Translations under genes and position numbers: made by a program
Part shown: one piece after another, positions 50,301 to 63,734 of the stretch
Numbering within the stretch: the stretch's first letter is position 1
Layout: each line of letters begins with the position of its first letter
Notes under the pieces: model-generated
What the model was told of the DNA's origin: nothing
The model's input: only the letters and a program-made list of their open reading frames with translations
Database searches by the model: none
Source of the DNA: Phaeosaccion multiseriatum
Lineage: Eukaryota > Protista > Ochrophyta, other classes
Reading direction: 5' to 3'
NCBI GenBank assembly: GCA_965112735.1
Contig: OZ218956.1
Coordinates: 1,302,001-1,366,000, forward strand
DNA length: 64,000 nt

Positions 50301-52799
50301 TTACACCGCCTCGACATGGACATGGAACGCATATTTCACGTCATAGAGCTCGACCTCAAGGTACCTTTACCTTTTACCTACCTGCACTTGGGTACCTTTA
50401 CCTACCTGCACTTGGGGGGGGGGGGGAGGTGGTTGGACATTGGGCAGCCTGTCCTGAACGGGAACCCTGAATGGGCTTTCTGAATGGGCCTTGCCTCCTG
50501 AATGGCATGACCTTCGCTCACTGCGTTAAGGCCTGCTGCCTGCTGCCACCCCATGGCGGGCTGTTAAATGTCGGCGACTGTTCCCTCACCCCGCCTCTCC
50601 CTCCGGCCTGACACGCCGACATGTCTTTCCTACGCAATCACCATGGTTGTGCAATACAGCTTATGCATGGAACTTCTCTAACCCCTCTCTCTTCCCCTCC
50701 TCCGCCGCCGCCCCCCCCCCCGTGTGCAGGAGAGCGGAGTAGCCTCTCTGCGAGACCAAAAGCGCCTAGTGGCAGAGTTTGGGCTCCTCGACTCCCAAAT
50801 CTCGCAGCTAACGCGTCTCATTCTGGGGCCGCGGCGGGGCAAAGACAGCAGCGAGGACGAGGCGGAGGCGGACTCCGTGTTCCTACTTGACGACGACGAG
50901 CTTGACCTCGTGTCTTCAGGGGTATCCGACCTCAAGCAGCGTCTGGGCATAGGTGAGGAGGAGGAGGAGGAGGAGGAGGAGGAGGAGGAGGAGGAGGAGG
51001 AGGAGGAGGAGGAGGAGGAGGAGGAGGAGGAAGAAGAAGACGAGGAGGACGAGGACGAGGAAGAGGAAGAGGAAGAGGCGGCCTAAGCCCTTGTTCCTTG
51101 TCTCGTCTCGTCTCGTCTCATTTTGTCTTGGCTTGGATTGGATTTGGATTGGTTTGGTTTGATTAGGCCAACTTGCAATGTCCCCGGCAGCTAGGCCTCA
51201 CATCCTGATCCCCATCTGCTGCACTACCATCCTTCTCCTCCTCCTCCTCCTCCTCCTCCTCCTCCTCCTCCTCCTCCTCCTCCTCCTCCTCATCTCCTCT
51301 CCTCCTCCTCCTCCTCCTCCTCCTCCTCCTCCCCCTCCTCCTCCTCCTCCTCCCAGGAATGGAGCTCCTCAAGCCTACATTGTCGGTTGACAAGGATAGC
51401 TTATTCCGCTACGTCAAGGACACCTCGAGCAAGATCAAGAACGGGGTGGACTTCTATGTGACCGGCACAAAGCTCATTGGACAAGACATTCAGTACGCAT
51501 GGCAGCTAATCCTCCAGGCAGCTCAGGTGAGGAGGGAGGGAGGGAGGGAGGGAGGGAGGGAGGGAGGGAGGGGGAGAAGTGGGGAAGGAGGATACGCTGC
51601 GCGCGCACCACGCGCCCACACTCACTCACTCCGTCACTCGATTACACCGAAAACATCGACGTTCACACACTCGCACGGATGTGCAAGCAAGCGAGAGTAC
51701 GAAGGCAGTGTATTCGCAAGCAGAAGCAGGAGGAGGAGAAGGGAGAAGGGAGAAGGGAGTGGGCGCTGTGTTTTCAAAGGAGTGCGGCCATAGACCTCTT
51801 GTTGAATACTGCCTCTCCACTCTCCTCCCCCCTTCCTGCATCTGCCTCCCCCTCTCTCGCACTTGCTTCGTTACTTAACGTACGCAACCTGCGTGTCTTT
51901 AATGCGCGTTCAAACAACGCACCGTTTCAATAGGGCAACACTCTCAAGCCTCGGGAGGTTCGCACTCTGCGCCGGACCGGGAAAGATCTCGTGACGATGA
52001 TTCCGTTCACCATCATCCTTATCGTCCCTCTCACGCCTGTCGGGCACGTGCTCGTGTTTAGCTTCATACAGCGCTTTTTCCCGGACTTTTTCCCGAGTAC
52101 TTTCACCGACAGGAGACAGGTGAGGAAGGGAGGGTGGGAGAGAGGGAAGGAGGGAGGGAGAGAGGGAAGGAGGGAGGGAAAGAGGGAAAGAGGGAGGGAG
52201 AGAGGGAAGGAGGGAAGGAGAGAGGGAGAGAGGGAAAGAGGGAGGGAGAGAGGGAAAGAGGGAGGGAAAGAGAGGGCGGATGTTGGGCTACCGTGTTAGA
52301 ACCGCTGTATTGTGTGCCGGGTCTTCCTTTTTGTTTGTGACGGACAACCAACTATCCAACCAACAGTGTTGTCCACCTTCCCCTGTTGTCCCCCCTTCCA
52401 AACCCATGCTCATACTCATGCTGCTTCTGCAACAGAACTTGCAAAAGCTCTACGAGGAAGTGGAGAAGAAGCAAGAAGAGGGCATTGCGAGCCCTGGCAA
52501 GAAGGGGGCGTTTGGCTGGACCGGTTTTGGAGGAGGAGGAGGAGGAGGAGGAGGAGGGGGGGGGGGGGCCGGGGGGTGCGGGGGCAAGCGTGCCTCTCAA
52601 GGGAGGAGCCGCGGAGGATCTGTTGGAGGGGCTGAAAAGGAACTTTGTGGAGACTTTCAACACGAGTGCAGGAGCGGGGAAGCGAAATAGCGGAAGCAGT
52701 GGCGGTAGTGGTAGCAGTAGCAGTAGCAGTAACAGTAGCAGTACTAGTGGGGGAGGCACTTCCTCGGCGAAGGGGCAAGGGGTGAAGAAGGGGAAGTGA
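47348..52799 (+). CDS. LETM1-like domain protein (plant/algal type), probably plastid-targeted, multi-exon; C-terminal frame ambiguous (stop at 52690 or 52799)
   Basis: [84 protein letters not shown]; N-terminal hydrophobic stretch followed by CSAFQVP. Confidence 0.85.
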
Positions 52800-53314
52800 T
52801 GGAGGAAGGAAGGAAGGAAGGAAGGAAGGAAGGAAGGGTGGAAGGTAGAAAGGGAGAAAGGGACGAAGGGACGAAGGGAGGGAGAGCGCATCACATCTCT
52901 GCCCTTTCTTGCCGCTGCGAAAGGTGTAGAGGTGGGCGCTGTCAATAATAGGGAAGGGAGGATATGAGCAACACCAAGGAGGCGAGTGAAGGGAAGCAGT
53001 CGGGAGTATCTGAGATATGGGGAACAGCGAGGGAGACGGAGCAGGGATGGGGAGGGAGGGAGGAAGGGAGGGAGGGGGGGAGGAATAGAAGGAGATGGGC
53101 CAAGTGTGTGTGGAAGCTTTCGGAAGGCCCTCCCTGGACGGGAGAGACAAGCAATGGGTTCGGCTGCTTGATATCAGGCAGGGAGTGATCGAGGGTGCTG
53201 CGAGTTCACGAGTTATTAAAATTAATCATCTAATCGTAAGCTCATAATCCTGTCCGCGGCCGAGCAGAAGCACAAGTATACATATTTTAATTAAAATTAA
53301 AGAGGAGAGGAGAG

Positions 53315-53449
53315 TCGACCCCTGACGCACTATCGCCCACATTCTCGATAGCGGATAGCGGATCGGCTGGCGCCAGCGATAGCGGATAGCGTGCCGGCTG
53401 GCACCGATAGCGAACGAAAAACAATAGCGCGATAGTGTGTCAGGGTCGA
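53315..53449. mobile_element. MITE-like element, family A, copy 2 (shorter)
   Basis: TCGACCCCTGACGCACTATCGC...GCGATAGTGTGTCAGGGTCGA; shares CACATTCTCGATAGCG and the internal repeats with the copy at 26284. Confidence 0.8.
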
Positions 53450-54308
53450 GAAAGAAACATGATTACTCTTAGGCAGATGGCACTCGACGTGAGCCCCGGG
53501 GGAGGGCGGGTGAGCTCGACCAAAAGTACAAGCGATCAAGCGGTACAGGCAAGGTAAGAGGGAAAGAGGAGGAGCCCGCGGATGGAAGACGGGAGGAAAA
53601 GCAGGAAGGATGAGGTGCAGCCACGCATGTAGGCAGCGGCAGCAGCGTATGTGCAGCAGCAAGCTGGCGAAGGCTTCGCGCTCCATGGAGGTCGAGAGAA
53701 GAGGAGAGGAAGAGAACAGAGGGAAGTTGTGATGGGGAAGAGCTACAGAAAAGGCGGTGACCATCCGTACCATAGAGCCGGTTCTGCTCCGTGGTGCTGA
53801 GTGCTTGAGGGCAGTGTATATACAGCGTGCAGTGCCAGGGGAGAAGCAGCAGAGAACAATGATGGGCGAGGCGGAGAAGCACTAGCAGCAGAAGAACAAC
53901 TCGTTCTTCCATTCGTATTCACTGCTGGCTCAAGTGGCGGTGGTTGCGAGGACGGAGTGGTCAATCGCCAGGACGTAGGCGGGGCGGGCTGAGGAGCAAC
54001 GAGGGTTGCAGAGAAAGAGAGGGAGAGGGGAGGAAGAATCGTTGACAAGCAGAGGATTCTGCCCGTCTTGTCCTTCCTAACACCCTTGGCCCTGATGTCT
54101 GCGCCCCCCCCTCTCCCTCCATTGCCTTCATTCCTCTTGATGCTCTCTTCTCCCCCGCGGACCGCGAACAGGAAACAGAAAGCAGCAAGGAGAGGGAGGG
54201 CTTTGGAAGTAGACAGAGAGAGCAAAAAGCAGAGAAGACACACATCAGCTGCAGCAGGACTAACGCCGTGGTCGCAGTAGCGGTGGTAGGAGGAGAGTAC
54301 AGAGTGCG

Positions 54309-56129
54309 ATGTTTCGCAATCAGTACGACACGGATGTGACCGTCTGGAGTCCACAGGGCAGACTGCATCAGGTGCGTGCGTTAAGGGGCACAGAGCAAAG
54401 GGCCTCTCTTGCCGTGCATATATACCCTGTGCCCCCAAGCTGTCCTTCCTCTACCCTCCTATTATCATGACCTCCTGCATTATTTCCACTTGTACTCTGT
54501 CGTCCTCTCTTTTGGTTGTCACACTCATATCACCAAAGGTGGAGTATGCAATGGAGGCCGTGAAGCAAGGGTCGGCGTGTCTGGGGGTGCGGAATAAGAC
54601 ACACGTCGTGCTCGCCGCCCTCAAAAAGTCCCCGAGTGAGCTTGCTTCGTACCAAAAGAAGATTCTCAAGGTACGAGTGAGACACACAGAGAGAGAGAGA
54701 GAGCGAGAGACGGAACGAGGGAACACCGGCACTTCTTTGCTGCTGCTGCTGCTGTTGTTGTTGCTCCTTTAGACCAATCCCCCTCCCTCTATCTTGTCGT
54801 TTTTCCCGTCGGTTAGTTGCCTCTTTTCCCAAACGTCCCTCCGCTTAACAAAGAAGAACGTGCGATTGCTTCTACAATCGATCTGCAGCTGTTGAATAGC
54901 GACGGGTGGGTGTGAAGCACTCTCTCCCGTCTTGTTCTCCCTCTTACGCTCAATTCCGTCCTTGTCCAGCAAAGTGGTGTCCTTACCCAAGAGAGAGAGA
55001 GACGTCTGAATGAAGGGCGCTTGTTGAATTACGAGTTTGTGGTGTTCCTGTCCGTAACCCTTCCTCGGTCTCCCGCCTCCTTTGGGGGTCTTATGTGCTC
55101 TCTCTCTCTCTCTCTGCCCCTCACTCCTGTCCTGACACCATTAGGTTGACTCTCATATGGGCGTGGCCATCGCAGGACTCACAGCCGACGCGAGGTCCCT
55201 GGCAAAGTTCATGCGGACAGGTGAGCAAGGGTCCATTTCAGTTTCGGTTTATTGACCGAGCAGTGCCTTCCAGCCAACAGATGCATGTATGCAATGTGGT
55301 GATATATGTGCAGGCATTCAAGTGCAGGCCATTGCACTACTTGGTGGTAGAGTTGTGCTTTGTTCCTCCCCATCCCCCTTCTCCGGGATCACTGAAGTGC
55401 ATACATCCGTCTCTTCCTCCTCTTCTCCCTCCCTCCCTCCCTCCCTCCCTCCCTCCCTCCCTCCCTCACCCTTTCTGTCTTCCATTGTCCACGTCACTCA
55501 CCCGCGCATCCGCACACCTACACACCCCCGCACACGCACTCACTCACGCCCTCACAGAGGCGTTGAACCACAAGTATGTGTACGGCTCGGACCTGCAGAC
55601 CGGCAGGCTCGCGCTCGACCTCGCGGACAAGCACCAGCGGTGCACGCAGACGTACGTACCCCACTACCGCTCCTTCGCTCCTTCTGCCCCTGCCCCTCCG
55701 TCCCTCTTCCTCCCCCCATCCCCGCCCCTTACTGGGGCTATTTTCTACCATTCGCTCATGTGTCTCCTTGTTGCTCCTTCCCCTCCCCCCCCCCTCTCCC
55801 CGTTGCTCATTTACCCCATTGACCCACTGCCTTCCTGCCCTCCCTCCCTCCCTCCCCCCCTCCCTACCGCCTCAGATACGTCCGACGACCCTACGGCGTG
55901 GGCCTCCTCCTCGCCGGCTACGACGCCACCGGGCCGCACCTCTACGAAACGTCCCCATCAGGCAACTACTACGAGTACAAGGGAATGGCCATCGGCGCCC
56001 GAGCGCAGAGCGCCAAGACCTACCTCGAGAAGCACTTCGAGAGTTTCGACGAGTGCACGCTGGATGAGCTCGTGGCACACGCTCTCAAGGCGCTCAGCGG
56101 CTGCGTGGCCGGGGACAAGGAGTTAGATA

Positions 56130-56188
<59 letters not shown>

Positions 56189-56665
56189 GCCTGTGCCTCC
56201 CCTTCCCCTGACCCTGCAATGGATGATTGTCCTTTTGTTTTGCGGCCCTCTGTCTGCCATTACCTTTTCTTCTCCCTCCCCCTTCTCCCCCTCCTCCTCC
56301 TCCCCCCTCCCCCTCCCCTCCTCCTCCTCCTCCTCCTCCTCCTCCTCGCCGTCGTCGCCGTCGTCGTCGCCGTCGTCCTGTGTCGGCAAACTGCTGCAAA
56401 CTTATAAATTCTTTGTCTCCTGCTCCTGCTCCTGCTCCTTCTCTTCCATCCCACCCGTCCTCCATCCCCTTATATGATCGTACTTCAGGAGTCGGCCAGT
56501 GTGGCGATCGTGGGTAAGGGAACGCCATTCTCTCTGTTCGAGGATGACGATGTACAACCATATCTTGACCAGATAGAGGTGGATGGAGACGGGGGCGGAG
56601 CTGAGGAGGCAAAGGCAGGGGAGGGGGAAGAGGAAGCCAAGGCAGAGCCGATGGAGACCGCATGA
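54309..56665 (+). CDS. PSMA1: 20S proteasome subunit alpha type-1 (alpha-6), 6 exons
   Basis: [21 protein letters not shown]|[45 protein letters not shown]. Confidence 0.97.
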
Positions 56666-57281
56666 TGACGGAGGGCCTTGGTCAAGTCAGGCAGGGAGGT
56701 GGACTTGGGGTAGGAACGGGGGGTGGGGGGAGGCTGGGGGGGGGAGGGGGGGGTGTTCGAGAGAATGGATCTTGTGTCTCGACAGCGGCAAGGAGAGCGG
56801 AGTGGCGCCCATATGTGGAAGACTGGAGAACTTGAGGATTTACAAGAGCAGCAGGCAGGGGGGGGGGGGCGGGGGGTGAGGCGAGGAGCGGGGGGGGGAG
56901 TGGAGGAGGGCAGGGCGGGCAGGGCTTCTTCCCATTGGTCAAGAGGGAGTGTGGCATTGTGGGACAAGCATGCGACAAGAGGATCATCGTTGTCCTTGGA
57001 GAAGAAGAAGACACCGAGGGAAGCAAGAACAAGCGCCTTGGTGGTGGGTGTGAGGAGAGGCGGAGAGGGGAGGAGGGCACGAGTCTTACCGTCTCTCGGT
57101 AACGAGTCTTATCGTCTCTCGGTTGCGCTGGGCACGGGAGCCTCGGCTTGAGTGTCTCTGAGACAGCCGCCGCCGCCGCTGCCGCAGCTGCAGCAGGAGG
57201 AAGAGGAGAAGGAGGCGTAGCAGTTGGTAATATGGGCAGTGCACGGTGATAAGAGGGCCTGACGTCTCAGCCGCCCCCCCA

Positions 57282-57430
<149 letters not shown>

Positions 57431-58142
57431 GTAGGACAAGGAGTTTGTATCCCCAGCAAATAAATGCCTTCCTTCGTGGAGAGTCAAGGCAAGGGAAGAG
57501 GGTTCCTCCCCCACCACCCCTCCATCCACTGCCATCTGCTTACATCCACTGTTGCTATGATGGCGCCGTGACATTTGGGTGAACACAAGTATGCCCCCAA
57601 AATAAAAAAATATAAAAAATAAAAAAAACTACTACTCTCCGTCCCTCCCTCCTCCTCTCTCCCTCTCCATCCCTCCTTCCTCTCTCTCACTCTCTCTCTC
57701 TCTCCCTCTCTCTAGCTCTCTCCCTCCAGTCTAATCACCGACACCCCATTGCAGTGCGGGCGCGAGGTAGCTGCGGTGTGCCCAGTTTGTCCGAGGGGGG
57801 ATCGAGGGGGCTTACCCTTACCCTAGAAAGAACTTAACTTACAACTGTACCTGCCAAGAAAGCAGGGCCCATTCAAGATGGGCTGTGGGGAAGTGTCTCT
57901 CTCTCTCTATCTCTCTCTCTCGTAAGATTACAAAAGTCGTTTTCTAAATTATAAAACGTCGCATGTCCCACTTGTTCTGTACATACGGTAAGATTAGGTA
58001 CACTATTCGTAAATTCCTCGGCACACCTTTGGCGTTTCTCTACTTGCCAAGGAGACAGAGGTGGGTGCTCATTGCAGGTTTACAAATCACCCACTGTGAT
58101 AAGCCAAGCAGGCCAAGCAAGGTTCAAGGTCCATCCTTTCCG

Positions 58143-59310
58143 TTACCCACAGCAGGGCAAGGGTTTGCTCTCGGGATAGGCCTGCTCGAACTGCTCACAC
58201 ACATTCTCCTGACTGGCCAGCACCTCGCTCGGATGCACACAAGTCAGCAGCAGCACCAGGCCCAGAGCGAAGAGGCAAAAGGCACAGGCCGAGGCCACCC
58301 GGCGGGCATGCCTTGTGTTGGAGGGTTGGGGCCGAAGAGGAGAGAGAGAGGAGGAGGAAGAGGGGGGATGGGGGGGAGCACGAGGAGGAGGAGGAGGAGG
58401 GGGGGGGGGGGGGTGTAGCAGCAGAAGCAGCAGGAGGAGGAGGAGGACGAGGAGGAACAGGGATGGGGGGGGAAGGGGCAAATCATCAGTTTTCCTAGGA
58501 TGACGTGGACACCACCCTCATCTGATGCTTTGATGTGACGGTGTGGAATGCCACCAGGGATGGGATGGAGGGATAGATAGATGGATGGATCCGTGCATTG
58601 CAGTGGGTGGACGGGATGCGATGGCAGTAGATGGCTTAGGACGTGCGGACGCCTTATGACTGGAGCTCACCTCTTGACCGCCTCGAGGTTAGACGAAGGC
58701 CCGTACAGATACACACCCAGCAGCGCTCCCATCACCATGCCACCTGCATAGGTGTCGATGCATGAAAACGAACCGAGTAGCAGCAGCAGCAGCAGCAACA
58801 GCAATTGGTGATGACACAGCAGCCGCAGCAGCATCAGCATCAGCAGCACCATGCCGGCGAGAAAAAAAGGTGGCAGCAGAGGTGGGTGACGCAGGCCCAT
58901 ATGCCTGCCTACCTACGGTTACGCCTGCTTGACCCAGGCCGATATTCCTACTTGACCCAGGCCCGTATGCCTGCCTGCCTTCACCCCAGGCCCATACGCC
59001 ACAGCCTCACGTACCAATGTGGGCAGCATAGTCCACATACGGAACGAAGCTGAACCCGCTGTGGTGCACGTCAAGGAGGAGAAGGAGGAGGTGGATGGCA
59101 GTGGATGGCAGTGGATGGCAGTGGACGGAGGATGAGGAGAACGAGGTGGGGTGGGGTGAGAGGTGGGATGGGGGTGGGGGTGGGGGTTGTGGGGGGGCCT
59201 TGAACACCCCAAGTGGAGACATATGTTAGGGGCACCGCACGGGGCAAGGCAATGTAGAGCTCTCACTCTCTGCCGCTGACCCTCCTCCTTCCTCCACGGT
59301 TTGCTCGCTC

Positions 59311-59359
<49 letters not shown>

Positions 59360-59983
59360 GAATACTCACAGCGTGACGCTGATGTTTAGCGTGGCCATGA
59401 CGAAGTTATTGGACCTCTGGCGATGCTCCTGCTCCGAAGCGTCCTCCCCCCCCCACCGACACACGAGCTCCGCCACCCATGCCCCCATCAAACCCATCAG
59501 GGCACCGCTCGACCCCACCGCTAGCTGGTTGGGGAGCAGCACTAGACGGGAGAGAAAGGGGAGGGGGAGAGGAGAGAGGAAGAGGAGCCGAGGAGGAAAG
59601 GGGCGGGGGGGTGCGAGGGGTGAGCTTCGCGATTGGGGCCACGCAGGGCTTCTTTCAGTGCCTCGAAGAGGACGAACATATTGGAACTGGCAACAGAAGG
59701 AGGCCTCCGGATGCCTACCTGCGCTCATGAGAGAGCTGAAGGTGCCGCTAACGATGAAGACGAAGAGCCACGCTCGGGTGCCCCACTCCTTCTCCAACAA
59801 ACTGCCGATCTTGAGCTGAATTAAGACGTTCACTCCGAGATGAATCCTGTGAACACGACGAGGAGAGGAGAGGCGGAAAGAGGAAGAAGGAGACGGAGAA
59901 GACGGAAGGAGAAGAGTTAGGAGGAGGAGAAGAAAGAAGAGGAAGAGGAAGAAGAGGAAAGAACAAGAGGAAGAAGACCAACT

Positions 59984-60023
<40 letters not shown>

Positions 60024-63000
60024 ACACCCCTCCTCCCTCCCTCCCTCCCTCGCTCGCTCTCCTCTCTCACCAGCCGGCGTGCAACAGCACGGGCGTGAGC
60101 AGCCTCCACCACTGCCACGAATGGAGGATCATATACGTGTTCTTGGCCCCAAAGGCGAGCAGCACGGGTGGCCAGGGCCCAAGCATAGGGTTCACCGCCG
60201 CCGGAGCGAGCCCCCCTCCATCCCATGCCATCACTGACTCGATCCACCGATCGATCGATTGTTCGTGGGTGGGTGCGATGGAAGAAACAAGGAAGAGGGG
60301 ACAGTGGACAGGGGTCAGGGGAGGGGGGAGAGAGGACAAAAAGGGGAGAAGAGGTGTAAGATTGGGCGCAAGGGGCAAGACATCAAGGCTCCGACGGCAA
60401 ACTCTTGCTGCTCATTGGCAAATATGACAATCAATGGTGTCGAAGAGAGCCGAGGGTTGGTTGGTTGGTTGGTTGGTTGGTTGGTTGGTTGGTTGGTTTG
60501 GTTGTTGGAAGTGGTGGAGTGTGGGTGGTACGGGAAACTACCTGCACCTGTGAGCCGACCACAACGACCAACCCACCACAGAAGGCCCACCCCTGCTTCA
60601 CCCTCCCGGTGCTCTGAGCCTCACTAACGCACTGACTCACTGACTCACTGACTTACTCAGCAGCATGATGGCCACCTGCAGCACGGCGAGGATAAAGCTC
60701 CAGGTCCTCACAAAGCTCTTGAGCACGCCCTTCTTGTCCTCGTGGCAGCGCGGGATGCGCAGCTGAGAGGATCAATGCATGCATGTGTGCATGCGTGTAT
60801 GTGTGTACGTATGTATGCAGGTACGTATGTGTGTATGCATGCATGTGTGGTGGCAAACAGCAAGGGGCACACCAAGAGACGGGGGCACGAGGCAGGCAGG
60901 CATATGGGCAGGCAGGTAGGTAGGCAGGCGCCACATGGGAGGGTGAAGGGGGAGAAGCAGCAGGAAGTAGACGTGAGCCAGGAGCGGCCGCGGTGGTGCC
61001 AAGGTTCAGTCAAGTGCGGAGCGAACCAAACCACGGTAGAGCTTTCCCCCCCGCATGGATCTCTCCTTCTTCCTATTCTCTTGTTCGAGCGAGTCATCAC
61101 TTGCCCATCCCCCCTACATCCACCCACACCCTGTCTGAATGGTCAACCAAGCATGCTCCCTTCTGCTGGCCACGCTAATCCAACGAAGGTGTGTCCAACG
61201 TGTCGCGTGGGTCATATTCCCTCCCCTCCGCGCCATCGGGTTCCTCACCCTCATATTTCCGCAGCCGTAAGTCCTCCCCTCGCCGCTCCAGTCGAGCACG
61301 TTTCCCATCAGGCAAGGGCAGCAACCAAAGCAGACTACCTGAGCGGCCCGTGGGTCGTTGGCAGGAAGCAAGATCAGGATCAGGGTCCGGGTCAGAGGCA
61401 CGACGAGGGTAATCAGGAAGAAGAGGAAGAAGAAGAGGAAGAGGAAGAAGAAGAAGAAGAAGAAGAAAAGAAGAAGAAAGAAGAAGAAGAAGAAGAAGAA
61501 GAAGAAGAAGAAGAAGAAGAAGAAGAAGAAGAAGAAGAAGAAGAAGAGGAACGAGAAGAAGAAGAAGAAGAACGAGAAGAAGAAAAAGAAGAAAAAGAAA
61601 AAAGAAGAAGAAGAAGAAGAAGAAGAAGAAGAAGAAGAAGAAGAAGAAGAAGAAGAAGAAGAAGAAGAAGAAGAGGAGGAGGAGGAGGAGGAGGAGGAGG
61701 AGGAGGAGGAGGAGGGCTGCTGTTCCACCGCCTCCTGGGAGGAAAAACACCAGAGGTAGCGCGTTTCGAGCGTCATACAGTCCAAACACTTGCCTGGGCG
61801 GGGTTCGGACGCCGCTGGCCAGGTTTGAGTTTAAGCTTACCCCACACGGGGTCTTCCAGGAAGTACATCTGCGGTAGTGGACATTTGCGTACGTAGCAGC
61901 AAGAGATACAGGAGAAGGAGGAGGAGGAGGAGGAGGAGGAGGAGGAGGAGGAGGAGGAGGAGGAGGAGGAGGAGGAGGAAGAGGAGGAGGAGGAGGAGGA
62001 GGAGGAGGAGGAGGAGAAACAGTTGGAGATACAGGAGGGGCATGCAGCACTTGGAGATACAGTAATGAGAAAAGAGGAGGCATTGGGTGCCTGGCGAGTG
62101 CGCTGCTGAGGATCGATCCCTACGTGAAAGCCCTATTTTGTTTGTCCAATCCAGTTAGGCACACACTGAAGTTTATCCCTCTCTCTCCCTCGTCCTTTCT
62201 GTGTATCCCTCTGCACGCGATGTTTGGGCCTTCCTCCGCACCCACTCGTTCAATCCACTTGTCGCTGTCATTCGACCTCTCCCCCTTCCACTTCTCCTGA
62301 CACTTCTCCCTCCACCCCCTCTCTTCTTCACCTCACAGTCCCCCATCCCCCCCCTCCCCCCCTCCCTCCGTCCCTGCTCACCTCTTCGTCCCCCCCCCCC
62401 GCCTGCAGCGCGATCTCCATGTTCTGCATCATCAGGGCCAGCCTGGCGTCCTCCTTCTCCGCATCCGTCATGAATCCGACCTCGAGCGGCTCCATGGTCA
62501 TGGCCATCGGATGCATGCTCCGAACAGCCTCGGCATGATGCCCGCTGGCTGGAGGGAGCACGTGGGCTCTACTGTGCAGGCCCTGACTCGAGCCATCACC
62601 AGCATCCAACACGCTTCTGGTGCTGCTGGTGCTGCGATCATTTTCGCTGCTCAGGAGACCAGTGCTCTCCCCCGTCTCTCCATCCTCCTCCCCATCATCG
62701 TCGCCGCCTCTGTCATCGTTCTCCCTTCCTCCACCAACACCACCAGTAGTTGTCCCGTTCCCGGTCCCTACCACGGCTGCTGCTGCCACTTGGTACTGCC
62801 GCTGTCGCTGTTGTTCCTGCTGCTCCTGGCGCTGCTGCTGCTGGGCCACAAGAAGCTCTCGGATGAGCTCTTCCTGGACCTTCAGTTGCTGCCTCAGATC
62901 GGCCTGCTCGTGTCAGTCAAGAGAGGCAGATGAAAGCCACAACAGGAGACCCTGGCTGAGAGCTGTTAACCTGCAAACCATTAATTCAGTTCCTTACTCT

Positions 63001-63267
63001 ACCCTCCTTTCAAAGTGGCCCCTGGCACTGTCGTACCACCTTCGAGATGCCCACTACTTCACCTCCTTGGTCAACCGTAAGAGCCCCCCATCCCACACCC
63101 ACCTCAATTTTGCCCTGCGAAGCCGCGCTAGCGTCAGTGGGAACGACGGCTGCATCATCAGCTCCATCGGCCGTTCCAGAAGCCGGAGCAGGAGCCGCAG
63201 TATTCTCAGGAGTCGCATCAGCGTCGGGCGAGGGGATCGAGGGCCCTCCTCCCTCGGCCTGAGCCAT
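58143..63267 (-). CDS. Rhomboid-family intramembrane serine protease, multi-exon, with a long N-terminal extension
   Basis: NPMLGP..FGAK..QWWRLLTPVLLHAGW|IHLGVN..LEKEWG, catalytic GSSGALMG and VDYAAHI|GG; stop at 58143. The 5' exons (MAQAEGG...) are less certain. Confidence 0.88.
61415..61715. repeat. (GAA)n(GGA)n array in a rhomboid intron
   Basis: Direct inspection. Confidence 0.95.
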
Positions 63268-63734
63268 GACGCTCTCACGGCTTTGTCTCCAGAGAAGAAA
63301 AACAAGAAGAAAGAGGAAGAAGAAACAAGGACTACACACAGACGTCAAGTGGGGGAGGAGAAGAAGATCAAGACGGGAAACCAGGATGTATAGTATGTGT
63401 TCTTTGTCTCCTTCTCCTCCGGGATAGAGAACAAATTGGCCGGGCCGGAGGGTTCTTCACTAACTTACGCGCTACAACATCGACGTCCACGCGCCCTTGG
63501 CAGGCCCTCACTGTACACAGCCTTGTGTGCCCACCCTGTACTCATTAAAGCACACTTGCACCAAGCAAGGCCCAGCCACCAAACGGCGAACGCACACACT
63601 CTCGTCCTGGACGTTGGCTCGGACTGCGTATATTCGTGGGCGTGTATAGTAAGATTAGGTACATATTCTCCAAGCCACTTGTGCACACCCTTGATGTTTC
63701 GCCCCCGCTGATGCTACTGCTGCGACTGCTGCTG

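Noticed and set aside
53460-54300. ORFs upstream of PSMA1
   Set aside because: Compositionally biased with no motifs; not supportable as coding.
60742-61896. 384-aa poly-E/R ORF
   Set aside because: An antisense read through rhomboid introns and the (GAA)n array.
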